Shown here one piece after another: positions 1-7,119 of a DNA stretch of 63,465 nt (positions within the stretch are counted from its first letter, which is position 1; each line of letters begins with the position of its first letter). Made by a program: the position numbers and the translations under genes. A model generated the notes under the pieces. The model worked only from the letters and a program-made list of their open reading frames with translations. It searched no databases and was not told the origin of the DNA. The DNA is from Candidatus Eiseniibacteriota bacterium (GTDB taxonomy: Bacteria > Joyebacterota > Joyebacteria > Joyebacterales > Joyebacteraceae). The stretch spans positions 1 through 63,465 of the forward strand of contig JAUVLP010000002.1 of the NCBI GenBank assembly GCA_030600655.1. Reading direction: 5' to 3'.

Positions 1-160
1 ATCGCGGGAGCGGGATCCCCGTCTCAGCCACCAACCGACTGCGAAACCGGCGGCGAGAAGGACGCACCCCCATAGGATGGAACTTGAGAGAACTGACGAG
101 GTCGTACTGAGCATCATCGACAATCCCAGATGAGCTTCGCGTTGACTCGGGCCACACCCC

Positions 161-189
161 TTGATTTCCAGAGCACAGCAGTCCATAAT
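161..189 (+). promoter_or_regulatory. Possible sigma70-type promoter upstream of the gene at 395
   Basis: TTGATT (161-166), 17-nt spacer, CATAAT (184-189). It would give a ~200-nt leader, so the assignment is tentative. Confidence 0.3.
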
Positions 190-394
190 TCGCGGTCATG
201 GTAGCCCTGTGGATGCTGGGTGTCAAGGTCAATTGCCCTGTGGTAGGCCATTTCCGGAGAGTTCGACCTGTCTGAACCCATCTCACCAGCTCCGCATCCA
301 AACCTCTCCAGGAAACAGATGGAACAGACGTGGGACAAGCTCCCCGAGCTGATACGTCGGACGAATTTCCCTGCCAAACAGAAAGAGGGAATCA

Positions 395-1270
395 ATGAAA
401 CCAAACGTTATCTTCTTCATCGGATTTGCTCTAGTTCTGACCACCTCTCCCCTCGCGTGGGGAGGTAACTGGGAGATCACGTCGGACGAGAACCTGACAC
501 TCACACAGCAGAGCTACAGCGACAACTGGGCCGGCACGGAAGCCGGTTCGATCTCGTGGGTGCTGAGCTCACATTCTACTGCCGCAAGCCGGCTGTCCGA
601 CAAGCTGCACTTGAAGAGCACGATGAAGCTCGAATACGGTCAGACTCACTCGCAGGACGCTGAGACGCGCGCCTGGGCCAGGCCGGTCAACTCATCCGAC
701 CTTATCGACTTTGAGACGGTGCTCAGATTGACGTTGGATTGGCTGGTCGATCCCTACGTCTCGGGTCGATTCGAATCCGCGTTCACCGACGAGAGAGACC
801 CGACGGAGACGAGGTTCCTGAACCCGATTCGCCTGACCGAGAGCGTCGGCGTGGCCAGAACAATAATCGAGGACGAGAAGAGAATCTGGTCCATGAGGTT
901 CGGAGGCGCTGTCCGGCAGAGCATCGATACAGCGGTGCTGAACGCGGACACTGACGAATACGAGACTTACACCGTTACCGACAGTGGCGCCGAGTTCGTG
1001 ACTGAGTTCTTCACCCCCCTTGCAGAAGAGCGACTCACCTTCACCAGCAGATTCTCGGTGTTCGCAGCGCTACACAACTCAGAGTCAGACACATTCGAGA
1101 ACGACGACTGGAAATCCCCCGACATGGAATGGGACAACACCTTCACAGCAGGCATAACCGACTTTCTGACGGTGAATCTCAGTCTCGACGCACTCTACGA
1201 CCGTGAGGTCGATCCGGACCCGAGATTCAGACAGACCCTTTCTCTGGGTCTCACATACAGACTGATGTAG
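395..1270 (+). CDS. Secreted / outer-membrane beta-barrel-like protein (DUF3078-like)
   Basis: 291-aa ORF with ATG shortly after AGAGGGA. Signal peptide MKPNVIFFIGFALVLTTSPLAWG. The N-terminal motif NLTLTQQSYSDNWAGTEAGSISW and alternating amphipathic strands ending LGLTYRLM resemble DUF3078 OM proteins. A hairpin terminator follows. Confidence 0.7.
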   Translation: MKPNVIFFIGFALVLTTSPLAWGGNWEITSDENLTLTQQSYSDNWAGTEAGSISWVLSSHSTAASRLSDKLHLKSTMKLEYGQTHSQDAETRAWARPVNSSDLIDFETVLRLTLDWLVDPYVSGRFESAFTDERDPTETRFLNPIRLTESVGVARTIIEDEKRIWSMRFGGAVRQSIDTAVLNADTDEYETYTVTDSGAEFVTEFFTPLAEERLTFTSRFSVFAALHNSESDTFENDDWKSPDMEWDNTFTAGITDFLTVNLSLDALYDREVDPDPRFRQTLSLGLTYRLM

Positions 1271-1324
1271 GACCGGCAGACCGATCCCAGGATGACCGGC
1301 TGGAACAGAACGCACCATCCCTGC

Positions 1325-1358
1325 GGGGAGCCTGCTTGCTCCCTGTAGATTTCTGTAT
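1325..1358 (+). terminator. Rho-independent terminator of the 395-1270 gene
   Basis: GGGAGC (1326-1331) / GCTCCC (1338-1343) stem with a 6-nt loop, followed by T-rich TGTAGATTTCTGTATT. Confidence 0.55.
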
Positions 1359-1406
1359 TATCCCGTAAGCATCCACTGCATGAAGTCGCTCGACAGGATA
1401 CGGCTG

Positions 1407-1435
1407 TTGACAGTCCTGATGAGTATCCGTATATT
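1407..1435 (+). promoter_or_regulatory. Sigma70-type promoter of the LysM/M23 peptidase gene
   Basis: TTGACA (1407-1412), 17-nt spacer, TATATT (1430-1435), in a locally AT-rich patch. Confidence 0.5.
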
Positions 1436-1448
1436 GCTTATTCAATCT

Positions 1449-2702
1449 ATGAATCGTGATAGGAACATAGGTGCTTGGCGCACGATCAGACTCGTCGAGC
1501 GATTCAGACAGCTGCCGGATGGAGCACGATTCTACTCGCTTCTCTCCGCGCTGGTGTTGACATTGGCTATTGCTTCAGGACTCACGGCAAGCCATGCGAC
1601 TGACATCCCTTCCCTCTCGTTCAACTCCCGGACCCCCATGCTTAACCGGCTCTCACCCTGGGGACGTGTCGTCGACACGTCCGGCAGCAGCTTCCTCAAG
1701 TCCGGCTTCGACGTCATAGGCGTTATGACGCCGATCCCTGAAGAGGTCCAGAGCTATGACTACATCGCTTCTGCTGGAGAAGGACTCGACGCAATAGCGG
1801 CCGTCAGCGGAGTCGATCTTGACCTTTTGGCATGCGCGAATGGGGCGAGCTACGTTCGCGTGCCGAAACGCGAGACGGATGTTCGACTCCCTCTGCTCTA
1901 CTCAAGAGAGCGGAGTTGGGATCGGTCGATGGAGTTTCTCTACCCGATCTCGAACCAGATGCCGTTGGGGGGAAACGGCAGGGCGAAGCGCGGCGCACCA
2001 ACGATAGTCAGGCACGCTGTCGCGCGCGGTGAGTGCCTCTGGAATATCGCAAGAAAGTACCACGTACGCATGGAGACCATAATAGGCATGAATGATCTCC
2101 CGAGCGCGCGATACCTCAGGCCCGGTCAGATACTTGAGATACCAGACACGGATGGGACGTACTCCGTCGTGAAGAAGGGTGATACGGTAAGCAGCATCTG
2201 CAAGAAATACGAGGTCGAACTGGCGGAGCTCGTCAACGCGAATCCGGGACTCGATGTAGGACATCTCCAGATAGACCAGAAGATCTTCGTGCCGGGCACA
2301 GGAGCACTGGAGCAGCTATTCCGGATGGCCTGGCCCGTTTACGGCAGGATCTCCAGCCGCTATGGATACAGATTTCACCCGGTTCACAAGCGCAGGATGA
2401 TGCACACGGGGCTCGACATCGCTGCAAGACATGGAAGCCCCATCAGGGCAGCGCTCGCCGGTCGTGTGACCTTTGTCGGTTGGAAGGGTGGCTACGGGAG
2501 AACCGTCATGATCGAGCATCCGAACGGTTGCGAGACGCTGTACGGCCACTGCTCGAAGATCCTTGTCAGCAAGGGTGCGACCGTCAAGAAGGGTCAGCAG
2601 ATAGCCAAGGTGGGAAGCACTGGAATCTCCACCGGCCCGCACGTGCACTTCGAAGTGAGGGAACGCAACAAGCGAATCAACCCCGAGAAACTGCTCTACT
2701 AG
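1449..2702 (+). CDS. Membrane-anchored LysM-domain M23 (LytM-type) murein endopeptidase
   Basis: C-terminal HTGLDIAARHG...GSTGISTGPHVHFEVRE carries the M23 HxxxD and HxH zinc motifs. Two clear LysM repeats (GECLWNIARKYHVRMETIIGMNDL..., GDTVSSICKKYEVELAELVNANPGL...). TM anchor FYSLLSALVLTLAIASGL. The track start (1380) lies upstream of the predicted promoter; 1449 is the first in-frame ATG after it, so the start is uncertain. Confidence 0.85.
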   Translation: MNRDRNIGAWRTIRLVERFRQLPDGARFYSLLSALVLTLAIASGLTASHATDIPSLSFNSRTPMLNRLSPWGRVVDTSGSSFLKSGFDVIGVMTPIPEEVQSYDYIASAGEGLDAIAAVSGVDLDLLACANGASYVRVPKRETDVRLPLLYSRERSWDRSMEFLYPISNQMPLGGNGRAKRGAPTIVRHAVARGECLWNIARKYHVRMETIIGMNDLPSARYLRPGQILEIPDTDGTYSVVKKGDTVSSICKKYEVELAELVNANPGLDVGHLQIDQKIFVPGTGALEQLFRMAWPVYGRISSRYGYRFHPVHKRRMMHTGLDIAARHGSPIRAALAGRVTFVGWKGGYGRTVMIEHPNGCETLYGHCSKILVSKGATVKKGQQIAKVGSTGISTGPHVHFEVRERNKRINPEKLLY

Positions 2703-2777
2703 AAGCGGACTCTGCCTGCGGCGTGCCGCCGGAGATCAAGCTCGTCGCTCTCGCCGCGTACCGATTTGCCATTCTCG

Positions 2778-3341
2778 CTACAGACCAAGCTCGTCGCTTA
2801 TCCCCTGCATTGCTGCCAGCGCAATACCGATGAACTCTTCAAGTCCGATGCCGAGATCAGCTACGGTCTCCATCTGCTCACGGCTCGCACCGGCAGCGAA
2901 GCGCTTCTCCTTGTAGCGCCGCATGACAAACGGCACATCCACCAGGGCCAGCTTCTTCTCCGGATGCATGAGTGTAGCCGCGACAATGAGTCCTGTGACC
3001 GGATCACCCGCGTAGAGCGCCTTATCCATCGTGCTTTCCCGCGGCACGTGATCGTTGTGTGCCTTGACTGCGTGGATGATCTCGTCTGAGAATCCCATCT
3101 CCGCCAGCTTCTCAGCCGACACCAGGCCGTGTGTCTCTGGCGTGTCGGCAGTCTCATCGACATCGAGATCATGCATGAGACCAGCCATCCCCCACGACTC
3201 CGTGTCCTCTCCCAACCGCTCGGCGAGCCCCTTCATAACGGCTTCCGTGGCAAACATGTGCTTGAGGAGATTCTTGTTCCCGCAGTTCTGTCTGAGCACC
3301 ACAACACACTCGTCTCTTGTCATCTTCCCCGTTCCCTCCAC
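2778..3341 (-). CDS. HD/HDIG-domain metal-dependent phosphohydrolase
   Basis: 187 aa. NLLKHMFATEAVMKGLAERLGEDTESWGMAGLMHDLD carries the H...HD signature of the small HDIG family. GGAGGAG lies 4 nt before the ATG. Confidence 0.85.
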   Translation of the reverse strand: MEGTGKMTRDECVVVLRQNCGNKNLLKHMFATEAVMKGLAERLGEDTESWGMAGLMHDLDVDETADTPETHGLVSAEKLAEMGFSDEIIHAVKAHNDHVPRESTMDKALYAGDPVTGLIVAATLMHPEKKLALVDVPFVMRRYKEKRFAAGASREQMETVADLGIGLEEFIGIALAAMQGISDELGL

Positions 3342-3382
3342 ATGAACTCCTCCGTACCTATATCACACTCGCACGCCGCATG

Positions 3383-3462
3383 AGAATGCCTGCCTGACCC
3401 ACGTCGATCAGCGCCCCGGCCAGGAATGCTGCTCAACCCACGTCGATCAGCGCGCCACGGCC
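3383..3462. repeat. Diverged tandem duplication (~39-41 nt x2) covering the 3' end of recG
   Basis: Unit B (3422-3462) holds the last recG codons plus the stop. Unit A (3383-3421) repeats it just downstream. The identical 17-nt core cccacgtcgatcagcgc sits at 3398-3414 and 3437-3453, and the flanking gaatgc..tgc is also shared. Confidence 0.8.
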
Positions 3463-5529
3463 CTTGAATCGGCGTCCGATGGCGTCTACCACCGCCCGAC
3501 TCTCCGGCTCTTCGAGCGTTCCGTCCTTCTCCAACAACTCGAACGCGTCCTCCCGCGCACTCACAAGAAGTCGCGTATCCATTGCGAGGTCCGCAACAGC
3601 GAATTTCGGGATTCCATGCTGCCTCACCCCCATAAACTCGCCCGGACCTCTGAGTTCGATATCTCTCTCAGCAATCACGAAACCGTCACTCGTATCCGCC
3701 AGCACCTGGATGCGTTCCCTCGCTTCATCCGAGGCTCTGTGCCCGACCATGAGAATACAGTAGGAACGATGCTCCCCTCGTCCTACGCGCCCTCTGAGTT
3801 GATGGAGCTGCGCCAATCCGAACCGCTCTGAGTGTTCTATGACCATGACTGTTGCGTTGGGGATATCAACACCCACCTCCACCACCGTGGTGGAAACGAG
3901 AATACTGGTCTCGCCGGATGCGAAGGAACCCATAACGGCCCCCTTCTCCTCGGCCTTCATCCGGCCGTGCACAAGCCCAATGGCGATATCAGGAAATATC
4001 TTCTCGTTCAGTTCTTCGTACATTTCGGTCGCAGCGGCAAGCTCGATCTTGTCCGACTCCTCAACAAGCGGGTAAACGATGAAGACCTGGCGACCATTCT
4101 CCACCTGGGACCGGAGGAAATCGTAAACTCGCTTGCGGCCTGACTCGTCCCGAACCGCTGTCGTGACCGGCGTTCTGCCAGGTGGAAGCTCGTCGATCAC
4201 TGAGACATCGAGATCCCCGTAGACGGTGAGCGACAGCGTCCGCGGTATCGGCGTCGCAGTCATGACGAGCACGTCCGGCGAACGGCCCTTTCTCCTCAGC
4301 ACGGCCCTCTGAGCGACACCGAATCGGTGCTGTTCATCGACGATCACAAGTCCCAGACGGTGGAACTCGACACCCTTCTGAATGAGAGCGTGCGTCCCCA
4401 CGATGACGGATGCTGCCCCGGTCGATATGGATTGCAGCACCTCAGCCCTCTCTCCGGCCTTCATCCCCCCACGCAGGAGCACGACGCTGTCGCCGAGGGC
4501 GCCGAGAAGCGAGGAGATACCGGCGTAGTGCTGCTCCGCCAGGATCTCGGTTGGAGCCATGATCGCGACCTGAAGACCGGCTGCTGCAGCGTGATGCATC
4601 GCCGCAGCAGCGACGACGGTCTTGCCCGAACCGACGTCGCCCTGAAGCAGGCGATTCATGGTCCCGGGCTCCTCGATGTCCGTCCTGATCTCCGATATGA
4701 CACGCTTCTGAGCCCCCGTGAGCCCGAACGGAAGCGACGCGAGCAATCTCTCATGTTCACGCGTGTCCCAGGCATACCCATCGGCGCCTGCGTCGCGCGT
4801 CTTGAGGCGCCTGCGTCTCGCGGCAACCACGACCTGAAAAAGGAAGAACTCCTCGTAGGCAAGGCGCATCCTGGCCCGCCCCGCGATCTCAAGTGACGTC
4901 GCGAAGTGGACGTCGCGAAAAGCATCCCTGCGAGCCGGCAAGGACCGCTTCTCCACGACCCAGGCCGGCAGCGGCTCCGTAACCTCGTCAAGATGATTAT
5001 CAAGCGCGGTCTTCATGAAACGCCTGATTCGCTTCCCTGAGAGCCCCCCTGTCTGTGAGTACTCGGGTACTATCCTTCCCGCGTGGACCAGTTCTGCCAC
5101 GTCCTTCTCACCCATCAGTTCGTAGGCGGGATTTATGAATTCTTTTCGACGGGCATGCCGATCGAATCGCACCTCTCCGCTGAGAACGATCTTGGAACCG
5201 TTCTTGAGATTCGCCTTAAGATACGGCTGGTTGTACCACCGCGCGAAGATGGCGCCCGTGTCATCCTCAAGCGCCGCCATGAAGACAGACCGGCCGCCCC
5301 GCCACCTGTTCAGCTCGGACGAGAGCACTCTAACGATCACAGTGACCCGGTCGCCAACTCTGAGCCGGTCCACCTCGGAGACTTCGGACCAATCCGTGTA
5401 CGCCCGCGGGACGTAGTAGAAAAGGTCTTCAATCGTCTCCACACCTGCCTTCGCGAGGAGTCCGGCGGACTTGGGACCGACGCCTTTGAGGAATCTGACA
5501 GGCGAATATATGGTGGTCTCGGTGGCTAT
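3433..5529 (-). CDS. recG: ATP-dependent DNA helicase RecG
   Basis: Wedge domain, DEAH-type helicase motifs (GDVGSGKT, DEQHRFG, TATPIPRT) and a C-terminal TRG region. The first canonical start is GTG at 5442. The conserved N-terminal VRFLKGVGPKSAGLLAKAG lies in frame upstream of it. AGGAGG (5535-5540) sits 5 nt before an ATA codon at 5527-5529, which I use as the start (tentative). Confidence 0.9.
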   Translation of the reverse strand: MATETTIYSPVRFLKGVGPKSAGLLAKAGVETIEDLFYYVPRAYTDWSEVSEVDRLRVGDRVTVIVRVLSSELNRWRGGRSVFMAALEDDTGAIFARWYNQPYLKANLKNGSKIVLSGEVRFDRHARRKEFINPAYELMGEKDVAELVHAGRIVPEYSQTGGLSGKRIRRFMKTALDNHLDEVTEPLPAWVVEKRSLPARRDAFRDVHFATSLEIAGRARMRLAYEEFFLFQVVVAARRRRLKTRDAGADGYAWDTREHERLLASLPFGLTGAQKRVISEIRTDIEEPGTMNRLLQGDVGSGKTVVAAAAMHHAAAAGLQVAIMAPTEILAEQHYAGISSLLGALGDSVVLLRGGMKAGERAEVLQSISTGAASVIVGTHALIQKGVEFHRLGLVIVDEQHRFGVAQRAVLRRKGRSPDVLVMTATPIPRTLSLTVYGDLDVSVIDELPPGRTPVTTAVRDESGRKRVYDFLRSQVENGRQVFIVYPLVEESDKIELAAATEMYEELNEKIFPDIAIGLVHGRMKAEEKGAVMGSFASGETSILVSTTVVEVGVDIPNATVMVIEHSERFGLAQLHQLRGRVGRGEHRSYCILMVGHRASDEARERIQVLADTSDGFVIAERDIELRGPGEFMGVRQHGIPKFAVADLAMDTRLLVSAREDAFELLEKDGTLEEPESRAVVDAIGRRFKGRGALIDVG

Positions 5530-5564
5530 GACGCCCTCCTGGGGAGGAATCCTGGAACACCCGC

Positions 5565-5593
5565 ATTCTAATCGAGCAGACAGGAGGGGTCAA
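5565..5593 (-). promoter_or_regulatory. Sigma70-type promoter of recG
   Basis: Minus strand: TTGACC (5588-5593), 17-nt spacer, TAGAAT (5565-5570). Confidence 0.5.
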
Positions 5594-5662
5594 GCCGCCC
5601 TGTCAACCAGCTGTGTAGGTCCCCATGTACCCGTGCGTTCCATTATCAACCGATGAAAGTGC

Positions 5663-5691
5663 TTGCGGGGTATTCCGGTCTGTGCTAGATT
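5663..5691 (+). promoter_or_regulatory. Sigma70-type promoter of rpmB (extended -10)
   Basis: TTGCGG (5663-5668), 17-nt spacer, TGC-TAGATT (-10 at 5686-5691). Confidence 0.5.
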
Positions 5692-5725
5692 TATGGTTCG
5701 ATTGATATCCGGATGGAGGAAGAAT

Positions 5726-5929
5726 ATGTCACGTAAGTGTGATATCTGTGGTAAGCACCCGCGAGTAGGGAGCAACGTCAGCCACGCGCACAATGTTACC
5801 AAGCGCAGGTGGCTTCCCAATCTGCAGCGCGTGAAGGTCGTGATCAACGGTACGCCAAAGAAGCTGACTGTCTGCACGAGCTGCATTCGCTCAGGCGCGA
5901 TAGACAAGTACAAGAAGACAACAGCCTGA
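5726..5929 (+). CDS. rpmB: 50S ribosomal protein L28 (Cys-containing, zinc-ribbon form)
   Basis: [34 protein letters not shown] is the L28 signature. GGAGGA (5715-5720) lies 5 nt before the ATG at 5726. The track ORF start at 5663 is an upstream extension. Confidence 0.95.
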   Translation: MSRKCDICGKHPRVGSNVSHAHNVTKRRWLPNLQRVKVVINGTPKKLTVCTSCIRSGAIDKYKKTTA

Positions 5930-5953
5930 CGAGCGGGATATCATCAGATGTAA

Positions 5954-5985
5954 GAGGGGCCCTCGGATGAGGGCCCCTTCTTCAT
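5954..5985. terminator. Bidirectional hairpin terminator between rpmB and the convergent rsbW-like gene
   Basis: GGGGCCCTC (5956-5964), GGAT loop, GAGGGCCCC (5969-5977), followed by TTCTTC. Confidence 0.7.
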
Positions 5986-6028
5986 GTCGTTTCCAGCTGT
6001 TGTCACGCTTCCCGCAACTCCCGATCTG

Positions 6029-6451
6029 TCAAACCGTCCTTCTGAGTGTGACAGTCGTACCCTCACCCTCACCCATCTCGAACACCACTGAGTCCATCAC
6101 CTCTCGCATGATGTAGATGCCCCGGCCCGATGTCCCCATGCGTCGTTCGGGATCAGTTGGATCACACACGCGATCGATGTCGAAACCGCCACCCTCGTCG
6201 TGAACCGTCACTTGGAACACACACGATGACCATTCGAATCTGACGGTGACTTCCTTGTCAGCACTCATGCCGTTCCCATGAACAACAGCATTTGTCACCG
6301 CTTCGACAACGGCGATCGCAATCTCCATAAGAGGACCGTCGTCGAAACCGGCCAGCTTTCCATACTTGCCCGCCAACGAGTCCATGCGCTCCAATATATC
6401 CAGCTCGCTCGGAAGGACGAGTTCTTCAACTCCCGATGCTGCGTCAGACAT
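6029..6451 (-). CDS. RsbW/SpoIIAB-type anti-sigma serine kinase (HATPase_c)
   Basis: 140 aa. N-box EAVTNAVVHGN; G-boxes HDEGGGFD and GRGIYIMREV. AGGAG lies before the ATG. It sits 25 nt downstream of a STAS gene. Confidence 0.85.
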   Translation of the reverse strand: MSDAASGVEELVLPSELDILERMDSLAGKYGKLAGFDDGPLMEIAIAVVEAVTNAVVHGNGMSADKEVTVRFEWSSCVFQVTVHDEGGGFDIDRVCDPTDPERRMGTSGRGIYIMREVMDSVVFEMGEGEGTTVTLRRTV

Positions 6452-6476
6452 CCAGTCTCCTGCACAGAGGCCTGTA

Positions 6477-6812
6477 TCAGAAGCCGTCCAGGGCTTCCTG
6501 CTCTGTCGGGTGAGTATCGAAGATGGTCAGAAGCTTCGTGATCATGAAGAGGCTCCTGATCCTGTCGGAGACATGCGTGAGTTTGAGAACACCCTCTTCG
6601 CGTTGAACACTCGTGTAGATGGCCATGAGGGTCCCAAGTCCAGTACTGTTGATCCACGGCACACCCTTGAGGTCGATGATGAACTTGCGACTTCCCTCCT
6701 CGAGCAACCGCTTGATCTCGTTTCTGACGCCGTCGCTATCCGCTCCACCCATGAGGTTTCCGGATATGCGAATGATTGCGACATCCCCCTCCATCTTGGT
6801 CTTGAACTTCAA
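6477..6812 (-). CDS. STAS-domain anti-sigma-factor antagonist (RsbV/SpoIIAA-like)
   Basis: 111 aa. IIDLKGVPWINSTGLGTLMAIY contains the canonical phospho-Ser motif. TTG start lies 6 nt after GGAGG. Confidence 0.85.
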   Translation of the reverse strand: MKFKTKMEGDVAIIRISGNLMGGADSDGVRNEIKRLLEEGSRKFIIDLKGVPWINSTGLGTLMAIYTSVQREEGVLKLTHVSDRIRSLFMITKLLTIFDTHPTEQEALDGF

Positions 6813-7119
6813 CCCACACCTCCAGGATGTGATCCTGATTCATCTACCCGCGCTCGACCTCGGCCTGCAACGTCAGACGCGGTCACGGTCGGGTTCGGTT
6901 GTGTAAGCTGAAGTTACCATAAGAGCTTTGTCGGGAAAAGAGGAGATATTTCACCGGGCGAGAGACCTAAGCTTCTGCCGGCAGAATACTGGTACGACTT
7001 GTGCAATCAAGTAGGACGAATCCGAGGCGGGTGGACAACTCAGCGTGGGGGTCTCGCTGCTACCTGCAAGAATGTCGTAGAGTGCCCTATTCAAGGGCTA
7101 TTCCTGTTATGGAGAATAC

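Noticed and set aside
1-117. Possible 5' end of a minus-strand gene (ATGATG at 112-117, MMLSTTSSVLSSSILWGCVLLAAGFAVGWWLRR...) running off the window
   Set aside because: Only 39 codons are visible and the SD is weak. A hydrophobic stretch alone is not enough evidence to call it.
114-404. ORFs 114-404 (-), 161-352 (+) and 283-504 (-) in the spacer before the DUF3078-like gene
   Set aside because: They have no SD, no motifs and overlap one another. The region looks like a divergent promoter/leader region.
1380-1448. N-terminal extension of the M23 peptidase ORF
   Set aside because: A near-consensus TTGACA-17-TATATT promoter lies inside this segment, so translation most likely begins at the next in-frame ATG (1449).
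1271-1448. c-di-AMP (ydaO-type) riboswitch upstream of the LysM/M23 cell-wall hydrolase
   Set aside because: The region is explained by a terminator hairpin plus a promoter. I could not find the conserved pseudo-symmetric ydaO helices, and the promoter lies downstream of most of the spacer.
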